Shown: piece by piece, positions 17,413-27,291 of the stretch | How positions within the stretch are numbered: position 1 is the stretch's first letter | Layout: each line of letters starts with the position of its first letter | IMG/VR virus record: IMGVR_UViG_2706796071_000001 | Reading direction: 5' to 3' (one strand) | DNA: 64,000 bases | Origin: a virus | Lineage: Duplodnaviria; Heunggongvirae; Uroviricota; Caudoviricetes; Herelleviridae | Notes under the pieces: model-generated | Databases searched by the model: none | Seen by the model: the letters and a program-made list of their open reading frames with translations, nothing else | What the model was told of the DNA's origin: nothing | Position numbers and translations under genes: made by a program

Positions 17413-19464
17413 TCAAGCAACCTCCTTAAATTCTTCTTTATTTATTTTCTTAATATCTTTTTCTAATGCTTCTTTTAGTTCATTAGGTAATTTATATGCA
17501 TCAATTGATTGTTGTTGTCCTAACACATAACCATTATCTGTAATACGTATTTCAACTGTAAACCATGAATTATCTAAATCTTCTTCTAATCTTGCTAATA
17601 ATATTAAACAGCTATTCTTTAGAATTCTATTAGCATATCCTCCAACACAATGAGATAACATTCTACCTTCATCTTTTAATTTACTTACAGTATCTGCAGG
17701 AAGGAATTTTACTTTTCTACCATCTTTTAATTTATAAGTTTTATCAATTATTTTTTCTAACTTATTATCATACTTAGCTTTAAGTTCTGCATCATCTAAT
17801 TGTTGTTGAATGGATTGTTTTTCATCTGTAACTATATCATGCTCTAGCTTCAGTGAAAAAGGCGTTAAGTTAACACTCTCTAATGTTCTATACCCTTCTC
17901 TGATTAGTATTGATAAATCCTGTAAATAGTCAAGGTAATATCTATCTAGTGCATATCCTGTTATACGTTGTCTGTCTTGAGCATCTACATCTAAATAGTG
18001 CGTCATCTTTTTGTAGTTAGCAAAAGATATAGATAATATTTGATTTACAATAGGTTTAACTTTTAAAGCATCAGTAACATCTCTTGAATCTCGAACCATT
18101 AAAAAAGTATCATCAAATAATTGGTGTAAATTAACCTCATTGTGTAAATGATTATAGTACTTATATAGAGTATTAGCAAATCTTAAGTAATTGCCTTGCT
18201 CAAATTTATTTAAAGTTAGTAATTTTTTATAAGTCTGTTTTGTAAGATTGAAAGCTTCATGAACTTTCCATTTAGGATTTTTAGGTATATGAAATAGTAA
18301 TGCATTTCTTTCAAATAACCCAAATTCCTCTAAGTTATTTATTTTATCAATATTTTTAACAATATCTGTTAAAGTTGTTAAGTAATTAGAAGTTGAATTT
18401 TCTCCTATAAAAATCCTATATTTGTCTCCTCTATAATTTATATGACCATAAACATCTATATTATCCGGACACCAACTAGAAAAATCAAAATTATGGTGTT
18501 CTAATGTTTGTTCTATTATCTTTATTATAACCCCTCTATTTAAGTTAGGTTGTGAGTAATTTTTTAAAATAACATTTAATAAAACAGATAATGTCAATTC
18601 ATTTTTATATTCACTTTTACTTATATCATCTTTATACAAATTTAAAGTTAGTTCTTTATTAACAAGGCTATCTGTTAAGAAAACTTTAACCTCCCCTGTT
18701 TTAACATCAAATGAACTTTTATTTTCTAAAACCCATTTATTACCCATATTATGTTTATCTCTGATATGTCTAACTTTAAGACCAAAAGATGAATTATTCT
18801 CAGTACCTGGATGCATGTACCAAGCACTGCTATACAATGAATCTGACATTTCCTTATAATACTTACTAGAACTTTTTTCTGTATCTTCATTCATATAAGA
18901 AGTAATAGATGATTTTATTAAACCATACTTACCTTGGTCTAGAATATCCATAATATCATCATTTAAACTCTCTACTACTTCCTTATACTCATCTAATTGT
19001 CTAGCTCCATACCCCCATAATCGGGTTTCATTTTCTAATTCTTTAATTTTTTCTTCTACATAACCTTTAGATTTTATTTGTCTTCTGCTCTTACTACCAT
19101 ATAAAGGAAATTCTTTTCTTTCTTCTCTACTTGATTCAATATATTCTTTGTAATTTCTTCCTTTATTTTCTCCAATTACACCTTCAACTAATTTTTCAAC
19201 TGTTTCATAAGGGTTACCTGTAAAGTTTGTTACTTCTTTATTACCACATAGTGCCAAGAATAAATGTATTTCTGTAGCAGTATCAAAACTAAATATGTTA
19301 TGAATATCTCTAAATAGTTCCTTAGAGCCTAAGTTAATTATATTATTTTTCTTCTTCTTAAGGAATACATCTTCTTCTCCTATGTAGATACATCCTTTAT
19401 TAACTTTAGGTAAATTAATAATTTCTTGTTCTGTTAATCCTTTTTGTTTATATGTTATTGCCAT
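17413..19464 (-). CDS. large early protein of unknown function (683 aa)
   Basis: Long ORF with RBS aaggagtgattttaaATG. The C-terminal segment FLPADTVSKLKDEGRMLSHCVGGYANRIL looks motif-like, but I cannot assign it to a family. Confidence 0.6.
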   Translation of the reverse strand: MAITYKQKGLTEQEIINLPKVNKGCIYIGEEDVFLKKKKNNIINLGSKELFRDIHNIFSFDTATEIHLFLALCGNKEVTNFTGNPYETVEKLVEGVIGENKGRNYKEYIESSREERKEFPLYGSKSRRQIKSKGYVEEKIKELENETRLWGYGARQLDEYKEVVESLNDDIMDILDQGKYGLIKSSITSYMNEDTEKSSSKYYKEMSDSLYSSAWYMHPGTENNSSFGLKVRHIRDKHNMGNKWVLENKSSFDVKTGEVKVFLTDSLVNKELTLNLYKDDISKSEYKNELTLSVLLNVILKNYSQPNLNRGVIIKIIEQTLEHHNFDFSSWCPDNIDVYGHINYRGDKYRIFIGENSTSNYLTTLTDIVKNIDKINNLEEFGLFERNALLFHIPKNPKWKVHEAFNLTKQTYKKLLTLNKFEQGNYLRFANTLYKYYNHLHNEVNLHQLFDDTFLMVRDSRDVTDALKVKPIVNQILSISFANYKKMTHYLDVDAQDRQRITGYALDRYYLDYLQDLSILIREGYRTLESVNLTPFSLKLEHDIVTDEKQSIQQQLDDAELKAKYDNKLEKIIDKTYKLKDGRKVKFLPADTVSKLKDEGRMLSHCVGGYANRILKNSCLILLARLEEDLDNSWFTVEIRITDNGYVLGQQQSIDAYKLPNELKEALEKDIKKINKEEFKEVA

Positions 19465-19494
19465 TTAAAATCACTCCTTATTTGTTATGTACTA

Positions 19495-19523
19495 ATCATA
19501 TCATAGTAAGTCATATTTGTCAA
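19495..19523 (-). promoter_or_regulatory. sigma-A promoter for gene 17413-19464
   Basis: rc reads TTGACAaatatgacttactatgaTATGAT. Confidence 0.6.
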
Positions 19524-19555
19524 CAAAAAAAAGAAGAACTTTTTAAAGTTCTTCT
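19524..19555 (-). terminator. rho-independent terminator overlapping the 3' end of gene 19543-19806
   Basis: Plus-strand A8 followed by hairpin agaagaactttttaaagttcttct. Confidence 0.45.
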
Positions 19556-19806
19556 AAATGAGTTTCGTATATAACCTTTTGAATTTTATTTAGTGGTTCT
19601 AAATCTAAATTCCTAATAAGTTTTTCGTATTTTCTTGAGTTCTTGAAGTTAATAGTATTAGGCATAGCAAGAGCTTCATCAACGTCTTTAGTATAGCTTA
19701 CAACATCTGAATAGATATCTACTTCTTTTACATATAGACCTTGAGTTAAACTTCTAAATATTACCTCATTACGTGCTATAACTTCTTCTTTTTTTTCTAT
19801 GCTCAT
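19543..19806 (-). CDS. hypothetical protein
   Basis: 87-aa ORF. RBS ccaggaggtttataaATG. Confidence 0.45.
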   Translation of the reverse strand: MSIEKKEEVIARNEVIFRSLTQGLYVKEVDIYSDVVSYTKDVDEALAMPNTINFKNSRKYEKLIRNLDLEPLNKIQKVIYETHLEEL

Positions 19807-20002
19807 TTATAAACCTCCTGGTCTATTCTACACAAACAAGTACGTACTCTAAATTAGTTAAAGAAACTGACTTAATATTGTTTAATTCTTGTAATTTCTT
19901 AATTTCCACATCATAGTTCTTACTTATAGTCCATAATGTCTCTCCTGCTCTTACTTTGTGATAATATTTATTTCCCTCTTTAATAAGGTCATTCAATATT
20001 AC

Positions 20003-20581
20003 CTACCTCCTTGAGTAATAATTAGCTTGTAGATAACATATAAGTATAAGAACAAAGTTTACAAATTCAGTAGCTATAATATGAACATAGGTATGTGTTA
20101 AAACCATACTTGCAATTAATGAAGCTAATCCTAATCCAATAATAAGGAATAGAAATCTGTTTGTCCCTTCTGAACTTTTAGTTTTATAGAATGTTGTTAT
20201 CTGAGTTACATACGCAAGGATAATAGTAATAGTTGCTACAGTTTGTGTTAAGGCTGTAAAGTCACTTAATAAAAATAGTAACAATGAGAACACAATAATA
20301 AAAGGTATAGAGAAATAATCCTTTTTTCTATATGAAGCTACTAATAAGCAAACAATACCTAGAGTTAAATTAAGACCGACTGAGACTACTTGAAACATTG
20401 TAGCATCAGTTAATAGTAAATTGTAAAAACTGATACCTACTGTAGCTACAATTAAATACCAAAAATAACTACTAACACCTTTAACACTATCCGATTTAAC
20501 TAAAGCTATTAGACCTGGTATATAACCTACTGTAACTAATATAGCATATAATATACTCAAGTAATGTGATAAATTATCCAT
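20003..20581 (-). CDS. multi-pass membrane protein, possibly a PnuC-like nucleoside transporter
   Basis: 192 aa with about six transmembrane segments. The size and topology resemble PnuC/PQ-loop carriers. It sits next to nucleoside-metabolism genes. The family call is weak. Confidence 0.35.
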   Translation of the reverse strand: MDNLSHYLSILYAILVTVGYIPGLIALVKSDSVKGVSSYFWYLIVATVGISFYNLLLTDATMFQVVSVGLNLTLGIVCLLVASYRKKDYFSIPFIIVFSLLLFLLSDFTALTQTVATITIILAYVTQITTFYKTKSSEGTNRFLFLIIGLGLASLIASMVLTHTYVHIIATEFVNFVLILICYLQANYYSRR

Positions 20582-21173
20582 CTTGTTCTCCTAATTTTTC
20601 TAATCTTTCTAAAACTTCTTCCCAAGAGATAAATCCTTCTCCGTCTGTTAATTCCAAAACCATACCATAAACAAATTGATTTGTACTAAATTCAGCTCTG
20701 TCCGGGTCGTCATAACCTTTCCCATGTCCTTGACGAATATCTGAGCAATAAATTAAAACAGGTTTTTCTAATATTTTTTTAGATTCAGATGCAATTTGAT
20801 GTACATTATTATATTCTAGATGGTCATAGTGTAATTGAGATTCAATTAATGCTAAGGTTCTATCTGCTTGATGTTTCATACCTAATAAAATACCGAGTTC
20901 TGCAATTGTTCCTAGCCCTTCATTAAGAATATCAAACACAAATATATCTGAGTCTTGCATAGCTTTAAAGTCATTGTTTAAAATGCGCTCTGCTAAACCA
21001 GTTTGTTCTGCATTAGCTTTATCATTAATTGATTTATCTTTATGAGGGCTATAAGGAGTAACTCCTACAATACCTTCTACTTGTTTATGTTGTTTGTCTC
21101 TATATTCTACCATTGCATCATTTAAAATATGTCCACCCATATAAATTACTTTGTCTTTAATATAATTAACCAT
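20574..21173 (-). CDS. nucleoside 2-deoxyribosyltransferase-like protein
   Basis: VIYMGGHILND ... GTIAELGILLGM ... KPVLIY pattern typical of the NDT/Rcl fold. Confidence 0.6.
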   Translation of the reverse strand: MVNYIKDKVIYMGGHILNDAMVEYRDKQHKQVEGIVGVTPYSPHKDKSINDKANAEQTGLAERILNNDFKAMQDSDIFVFDILNEGLGTIAELGILLGMKHQADRTLALIESQLHYDHLEYNNVHQIASESKKILEKPVLIYCSDIRQGHGKGYDDPDRAEFSTNQFVYGMVLELTDGEGFISWEEVLERLEKLGEQDG

Positions 21174-22059
21174 TTATAGTATCTCCTTTTTCTTCTAGAA
21201 TACCTCTTAAAACGTGTGGCATCTTTTTCTTAATCTGTTTTTCTATAATTTTCATCATATTTTCTTTTTCTTCTTCCATGATATCATCAACAAAATTTTG
21301 ACCTACTTGTTTCATAATTAAACCAAAATTTTCTAATTCTAAATCATCTTCAGTTAATCTATTCTCTTCTATAGCTCTAAAAATCATTTTTTCCATTCTT
21401 GATTTTGTAATAGCATAGTCTGCTACCGAGTCATTACTTTTTATTTCTGTTTTCATTTTCTGTCTACTAAACTCTTTAAACTCTTTAGATACTAATTTAA
21501 AGTAATCATCATATTCTGATTTACCATCCAAATATTTAATTACAATACCTTCTCCAGTATTAGGTTTAACAGTCATATCTGATTTTCCTACTAAATCTTT
21601 AATTTCTTGAGTATTTAAATCATTTAAGTAAATAGAAGGTTCTACAATCATTAATGTTTTTACAGTTTTCAAACCTAATGTTTCCGCTAAGGAAAGTACT
21701 TCTGAATGAGGTAAGTAGGTTTCACTATCCTTATCGTATACATCGAATACATAAAAATCATTATAACAATCTTCTTTATAATTTACCTTATGTTTAACTA
21801 ACCATTCTCCAAATATAATAATACCTTCTAATATAGATAAATCCAACTTATCTGTCATGTTTTCATGTACCCAATTATAAAAACCATTTAATGTTTCGTT
21901 TTCATTTAATTTTTTTCTACGAGAGAAACAAACTAACTCACCATTCTCTGTAGTAAAGCTTGCGTTGCTTCCATCTAATTTTTCTTGAACTACAAAACCT
22001 CTATCTTTAAATTTGTCTAAAGATAATCCTTTATTTTTTACTTTAGTATAAGATTTCAT
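21166..22059 (-). CDS. ATP-dependent DNA/RNA ligase (nucleotidyltransferase motif I, KxDG)
   Basis: Motif I reads VQEKLDGSNASF. The 297-aa size is typical of a small ligase. Confidence 0.65.
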   Translation of the reverse strand: MKSYTKVKNKGLSLDKFKDRGFVVQEKLDGSNASFTTENGELVCFSRRKKLNENETLNGFYNWVHENMTDKLDLSILEGIIIFGEWLVKHKVNYKEDCYNDFYVFDVYDKDSETYLPHSEVLSLAETLGLKTVKTLMIVEPSIYLNDLNTQEIKDLVGKSDMTVKPNTGEGIVIKYLDGKSEYDDYFKLVSKEFKEFSRQKMKTEIKSNDSVADYAITKSRMEKMIFRAIEENRLTEDDLELENFGLIMKQVGQNFVDDIMEEEKENMMKIIEKQIKKKMPHVLRGILEEKGDTING

Positions 22060-22062
22060 TAA

Positions 22063-22287
22063 TTAGTTATCCTCCTTTGAATTATGTACTATTGAAAATA
22101 AAATAAGACTTACACTTGCTAAAAATGCTAATACCACTAAACCAGGTAAATTTAGAACTGTTGATAAAAATAAGGATACAGCGCTTATAACATAAACTAG
22201 ACCGCTTAGAAATAAAGTTAATAATACAATTGTTATAAGTTTTACCAACCAATTATTATTAATAAATACCTTAGCTAAATAATTCAT
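22063..22287 (-). CDS. small two-TM membrane protein
   Basis: 74 aa. RBS aaggaggatttttttATG. A promoter lies directly upstream. Confidence 0.45.
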   Translation of the reverse strand: MNYLAKVFINNNWLVKLITIVLLTLFLSGLVYVISAVSLFLSTVLNLPGLVVLAFLASVSLILFSIVHNSKEDN

Positions 22288-22355
22288 AAAAAAATCCTCC
22301 TTAGTTATTATAAAGTAAGTATACCATAACTAAGGAGGTTTGTCAATATATTATT

Positions 22356-23096
22356 TTACCATTTAAAATTGTCTGCGTATTGGGCTAATTTACTTCTAAA
22401 GTTAACCGTGAAATTATGGAATACCGCACCATCATAATTTTTAAAATATTCCATATAATCTCCAAAACCTGATTTACTTTCATTTTTTAAATCTATTTGT
22501 TTAAAATTACCTTCTACTATTACAGTAGAATTTTTTGTATGAACCCTTGTAAGAACTTTTTTAAGTTCACTACGTTTAAAGTTCTGTGCTTCATTTACGA
22601 TTATAGTAGCATCTCTTAGATTTCCACCTCTTAGAAATAGATGTGATATCTGAGATACCCAACAATCTCCTAATTTATCTTCTTTAACATTATCTTCCAT
22701 CATTAACATTTCAGTTATTTGTTGCTCAGGGTTCATATTAAGTTCAATAAGAGCGTCATGTAATCCCATGAAGTAAGCCATTTCTTTCTCTGTCTGATTA
22801 CCTGGTCTACTCCCTAAATCCTCTGATACTGGTGAAATTATAAATACTAGCTTTCTATTTTTATTAAGGTAATCTGCATAAGCACAAGCTACTGAGCACA
22901 TTGTTTTACCTGTACCGGCTTGACTTTCATTCCAAAGTATTTCAACATTATCATTAAAGAAATCCTCACAGAAATCTAACTGCTCAGTTGTAGCTTTTTC
23001 AAGGAAGTCATTAAATACTAGATGCTCTCCCATATTATATCTTACATTAGGATAATCCTTTAACTTAAAGTCTAACTCTTTTAGTTGTATTGCCAT
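22356..23096 (-). CDS. phoH: PhoH-like ATPase
   Basis: Walker A reads SQAGTGKTMCSV. Length and layout fit the PhoH family. Confidence 0.75.
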   Translation of the reverse strand: MAIQLKELDFKLKDYPNVRYNMGEHLVFNDFLEKATTEQLDFCEDFFNDNVEILWNESQAGTGKTMCSVACAYADYLNKNRKLVFIISPVSEDLGSRPGNQTEKEMAYFMGLHDALIELNMNPEQQITEMLMMEDNVKEDKLGDCWVSQISHLFLRGGNLRDATIIVNEAQNFKRSELKKVLTRVHTKNSTVIVEGNFKQIDLKNESKSGFGDYMEYFKNYDGAVFHNFTVNFRSKLAQYADNFKW

Positions 23097-23147
23097 ATTT
23101 TAAAGTTCCCCTATCTATAAATAGTTTTACTCTCTTTTAATATAGTA

Positions 23148-23762
23148 CTAATTACCGATATATTCACCCGTTGAGGAACAATAATTACTACAGTTACATT
23201 CAGGGTAATTTTCACAAACTTCTTCGTCTTCGTCATCAAATAAATCGTCATGATAGATACTAGAATCAAAATCTACAATACAATTTTCCCCTTTACCTTT
23301 AGATATACCTGTATAAATAACTTCATCAACCATATCCCAATCATTATCAGCTAAATAATTTACAGTATTTGATACTGAATCATTATCAGGTAAGTAGATA
23401 TCACCATCTGTAAACTTAATTAAAATGTCTCCTTGAGGTAATACATCATTAATTAAATCAATTTTTGTATCTTCTTCAATAGTAAATACAGTTCCCTCTA
23501 GCTTTTCAGGAGTAGTATGTGTTAAATGTTTAACATCTTCTCCTGATTCTTCATAAAATCCGACTGCATTCATTTCCTTGTTATACTTTGCAATAAATTT
23601 ACCATTATCACTGACTAAATATTGACTGCTTGCATTATAATCTTCTGCATCTTCTAAAGTCATAGGTGGGTTGTGGTCTTTAACATAATAACTAATTTTT
23701 CTAACATCTGTTGTTTGAATTTTCTTTCCTTCACCTTTAATTACTGAATTAATTTTTTTCAT
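23148..23762 (-). CDS. hypothetical protein with a Cys-rich C-terminus
   Basis: 204 aa. C-terminus reads CENYPECNCSNYCSSTGEY. Confidence 0.5.
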   Translation of the reverse strand: MKKINSVIKGEGKKIQTTDVRKISYYVKDHNPPMTLEDAEDYNASSQYLVSDNGKFIAKYNKEMNAVGFYEESGEDVKHLTHTTPEKLEGTVFTIEEDTKIDLINDVLPQGDILIKFTDGDIYLPDNDSVSNTVNYLADNDWDMVDEVIYTGISKGKGENCIVDFDSSIYHDDLFDDEDEEVCENYPECNCSNYCSSTGEYIGN

Positions 23763-23777
23763 AATATTTTCTCCTTT

Positions 23778-24203
23778 TTATATATCAATTGATTTTTTTG
23801 CAAGATTATCAGCGTAGTCATTCCATTTATCATTTGAGTGACTTTTTACTTTTACAAAGTTTATATCTATTACTTTTTGGTATTCTCGTATCATATTAAT
23901 ATATGTTTTACTTAGAATATTTCTTGCAGACCAAGTACCTTCATACCAATGTATTAAACCAATATAATCTATATAAACTATTGCCTGATTGTATCCTAGT
24001 TTTATAGCCTCTTCGATACCATAACAACAAGCTAATATTTCACCTGCAACATTATTATACTTTATCAATCCTGGTTTGTCAACACTTTTACTAATTTCCG
24101 CTATTATATTTCCTTCTTTACTTACTAAGACAGCACCTGAGCCTACTTTACCTTTATTATAAGATGAGCTACCGTCTGTGTATATATTTACACTATCCTG
24201 CAT
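23778..24203 (-). CDS. rnh: ribonuclease H (RNase HI). Start revised to the internal ATG, MQDSVNIYTDGS.
   Basis: YTDGS ... AE ... SHSND.WNDYADNLAK catalytic pattern. RBS tatggaggattataaatATG at 24203. Confidence 0.75.
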   Translation of the reverse strand: MQDSVNIYTDGSSSYNKGKVGSGAVLVSKEGNIIAEISKSVDKPGLIKYNNVAGEILACCYGIEEAIKLGYNQAIVYIDYIGLIHWYEGTWSARNILSKTYINMIREYQKVIDINFVKVKSHSNDKWNDYADNLAKKSIDI

Positions 24204-24384
24204 ATTTATAATCCTCCATAAATTGAGGGAATTCACAATCTGAGTATACTTCTCTGCAGAAAGATACTGAAATATAATTAAAATCAAAACATTTGAAACA
24301 GTGTTCTTGAACTTCTTTTTTGTCTTTAGCAATCACATTAAATTTAAAACCATCAGCTATTACTGTAAATACTCCTTTTTTCAT
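24193..24384 (-). CDS. small Cys-rich protein
   Basis: 63 aa. HCFKCFDFNYISVSFCREVYSDCEF. RBS ggaggtatttgttttATG. Confidence 0.4.
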   Translation of the reverse strand: MKKGVFTVIADGFKFNVIAKDKKEVQEHCFKCFDFNYISVSFCREVYSDCEFPQFMEDYKYAG

Positions 24385-24406
24385 AAAACAAATACCTCCA
24401 CTAATT

Positions 24407-25048
24407 TTATTTTAAATTAATAACTAACTCAATAAACGATTTAATAGTTTTATTTTTACCTTCATCAATATCTGAAAAGAAATTAATTAAACTATCATCT
24501 TCATCAAATAAATCTTCAACATCATCAAATTTATTTAATATGTCTGTAACACTATAACCTTCTTCTGATATATACTCATGCAAGTCTTCTCCATCCTCTG
24601 ATAGAGTTGCTTCTATCTTACCATTCTTGCTTTCAATTAAATACAAAGTATTTAATACTTTAATAGAATCCACTACTACACTGTAATTACTAATAGTAGG
24701 ATACTCTGTATAAAGTATTTCCACATTAGTATTCATATAACTATCAATTACAGAATTAACTGTGTCCCTTTTTAATTCAGATACATTATGTTTTCGTATA
24801 GTAGGGAATTCTTCGTCATATTCTACTAATTCTTTTCTATCTGTATTCAATAACTTATCTAAAGAAGACAATAATACTATTTTATATTGATTGTCCGGTA
24901 GACTATCTGTAATTTCCATAATGGTTAAAAAAGTATCTTCACCTAAAACTTTATTTATATCCTGTAGTTCAAATGAATCTACCATTTCAATAGTATCATC
25001 TATATCATCTGTAGTCATTAAAAAATTAACTAAATTATTATTCTCCAT
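24407..25048 (-). CDS. acidic hypothetical protein
   Basis: 213-aa ORF, D/E-rich. Confidence 0.5.
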   Translation of the reverse strand: MENNNLVNFLMTTDDIDDTIEMVDSFELQDINKVLGEDTFLTIMEITDSLPDNQYKIVLLSSLDKLLNTDRKELVEYDEEFPTIRKHNVSELKRDTVNSVIDSYMNTNVEILYTEYPTISNYSVVVDSIKVLNTLYLIESKNGKIEATLSEDGEDLHEYISEEGYSVTDILNKFDDVEDLFDEDDSLINFFSDIDEGKNKTIKSFIELVINLK

Positions 25049-25268
25049 CGTCTTCCTCCAATTCCTTAAATAGCTCTTTTCCTGGAGTATTTAACGCCTT
25101 CTCTAACCTCATTAAATTAGCACTTCTTGGTTTCTTTTTACCATACTCCCAATAAGATATAAGAGAGTAATGGACTCCTATCTCAGAAGCTAGGCTTCTT
25201 AATGTATGTCCTTTTTCTACTCTAATTTTTTGAAGATTTAGAGGTTTACTTTCCTTTTTTTCATCCAT
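25038..25268 (-). CDS. XRE-family helix-turn-helix transcriptional regulator
   Basis: HTH reads LRSLASEIGVHYSLISYWEYGKKKP. Confidence 0.65.
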   Translation of the reverse strand: MDEKKESKPLNLQKIRVEKGHTLRSLASEIGVHYSLISYWEYGKKKPRSANLMRLEKALNTPGKELFKELEEDDGE

Positions 25269-25270
25269 AA

Positions 25271-25498
25271 CTATTTCTCCTCTACTTTTAAAAATTTAAA
25301 ATCCTCAGATGCTTTTGCATTTTTTAGTATATACTCGTGTGATTTGTCTCTTGCCTCTGCTTTACTTTTAGCATATAACTCTATATAGAATACATGAGGT
25401 TTTTTTAAAGATGGTGATTCATATCTCCAATAAACTTTAAAAAGTAGTGTTTCTTTTTTTAGAACATTAATTCTAAACCATCTTTTAAATTTATTCAT
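25271..25498 (-). CDS. hypothetical protein
   Basis: 75-aa ORF. RBS aaggaggataatgaATG. Confidence 0.45.
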   Translation of the reverse strand: MNKFKRWFRINVLKKETLLFKVYWRYESPSLKKPHVFYIELYAKSKAEARDKSHEYILKNAKASEDFKFLKVEEK

Positions 25499-25606
25499 TC
25501 ATTATCCTCCTTTATTTATTTGTTAAACTAATTATAGCATAGTTAACTTATGAAGTCAACTATAATATACAAAAAAGACTAAGAAATTAATCTTAGTCTT
25601 AATATA

Positions 25607-26299
25607 TTAATAACTATTATGTGCGTTGTGGTATGCAAGAGCTCCTGATGTTGAACCGTAACGGTCAATCATATATTGTTTTGCACCTTTAGTTTGTTCT
25701 GCTATAGAACCCCCACTCCATGATTTACCTAATCCTTGGAATAGTCCTTGAGCTCCTGATGATGCATTAACGGCATTAGGATTCAGTGTAGATTCACGCA
25801 TAGCAATTTCAATCATTGCCTCGTCTCCACCTGCTTGTCTAATTTGTTCTGCTACAGAACCTCCTGTAGAACTAGTTGATTGTGTAGGTTGTTTAGTTTC
25901 TTTTTGAACTGGTGCTGATGTTGGTTGTACTTCTTTTTTAGTATCTTGTTTATTTTGAGTATCAAATTGCGCTTGTTGTTGGTCTACTTTTTGTTCAGGT
26001 GTTTGTTCTTCTCCTGCTAATCTAGATACTGTATTATCTACTTGAGTTGAACCTGAGTGATATTCATATCCAAAATTACCATTATAATTATAGAAATGAT
26101 AAGTAAATTCTCCGTCACTGAATGAGAAATCATAGTTACCTTCTTGAATTGGTTTTGTATTTACTTCTACTGAATTTGATTTAGCTTGTTCTGCTAACTT
26201 ATTATAATCAATTTCGTCTGCACTAGCTTCGTTTGTAGCAATACCTCCAAAAGTAATAGCCGTACCTAATGCTAATGTTGCAAAAATTGTTTTCTTCAT
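25607..26299 (-). CDS. secreted IsaA/SceD-like transglycosylase-domain protein
   Basis: Signal peptide MKKTIFATLALGTAITFGG. The C-terminal region resembles the IsaA family: AEQIRQAGGDEAMIEIAMRES ... SSGAQGLFQ. Confidence 0.6.
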   Translation of the reverse strand: MKKTIFATLALGTAITFGGIATNEASADEIDYNKLAEQAKSNSVEVNTKPIQEGNYDFSFSDGEFTYHFYNYNGNFGYEYHSGSTQVDNTVSRLAGEEQTPEQKVDQQQAQFDTQNKQDTKKEVQPTSAPVQKETKQPTQSTSSTGGSVAEQIRQAGGDEAMIEIAMRESTLNPNAVNASSGAQGLFQGLGKSWSGGSIAEQTKGAKQYMIDRYGSTSGALAYHNAHNSY

Positions 26300-26496
26300 A
26301 AATTTAAAACTCCTTAAATAATTTTTTAGAATTGTTTATTTGTAAATCGACATAAGTAATCATAACATATATCTTTAAATAACGCAAGTATAATATAGCA
26401 CTAATTAGTGTAATATTATTAAAGTTTTATTACAAACATTACAGTTATCAGATAATTAAAGACAAAAAAAAGAGAGGTATTAACCTCTCTAATTTA

Positions 26497-27291
26497 TTAT
26501 TTACCTGTTACGTCTACGATAGTTCCGTCTCCACCAATTTGAATAGGTTGTTTACCATCCCATTTTTCAATTAACTGTTGACGTAATATCTTATCAGATA
26601 AAGAAGATTCTCTAATCTCATTGGCTTTTTTATCACCATTAGCTTCTACTTCTTTTTTCTTAGCATTTTGTTCAGCAATTTGTTTATCAACTTTAGTACG
26701 TTCTAACTCTTGGTTAGCTTTAACGCGGCTGTCAATTGCTTTTTGAGTGTTCTTATCTGCTTTAGGGCTAGATAATGCAATATCCTCAATTACAAATCCT
26801 TGTTTTTCTAAGTTATCATTCAAACTATCTAAAGTGTCTTTTTTAATTTCTCCTGTCTTAACACCAAATGCATCAATTACAGAATATTTAGATACTGCCT
26901 GACGAACATTATCTTGCACACGTGAACGCAAGTATCCTTTTTCTAGTTCTTCAATATCTGCACTACCAAAACGATTAAATAAATCTACAGCTTTAGTTGC
27001 ATCTACTTTATAAGATACATCAATATCCATTTGTAAATTCTTACCATCTGAAGTTGCTACATTTAAATCTTTATATTTATGTGTTTGTGTTTTAGTTGGG
27101 TATTTGTTTACCTTGTCAAAAGGTGCTGTTAAGTGCCAACCTGGTGATTTAGTATCTTCCTTAACACCATTTACTGAGTATACAACCCCAACATGACCTT
27201 GTGGAATCTTTGTAATACACATTAATAAAATAATAAATCCTATAATTGCTAAAAATCCTAATACTCCTGAAATAACTACTGACTTTCTCAT
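26497..27291 (-). CDS. SPFH / band-7 (prohibitin/HflC-like) membrane protein
   Basis: N-terminal transmembrane segment, then a band-7 core (VGVVYSVNGV ... LNVATSDGKNLQMDIDVSYKV) and a coiled-coil tail. Confidence 0.7.
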   Translation of the reverse strand: MRKSVVISGVLGFLAIIGFIILLMCITKIPQGHVGVVYSVNGVKEDTKSPGWHLTAPFDKVNKYPTKTQTHKYKDLNVATSDGKNLQMDIDVSYKVDATKAVDLFNRFGSADIEELEKGYLRSRVQDNVRQAVSKYSVIDAFGVKTGEIKKDTLDSLNDNLEKQGFVIEDIALSSPKADKNTQKAIDSRVKANQELERTKVDKQIAEQNAKKKEVEANGDKKANEIRESSLSDKILRQQLIEKWDGKQPIQIGGDGTIVDVTGK

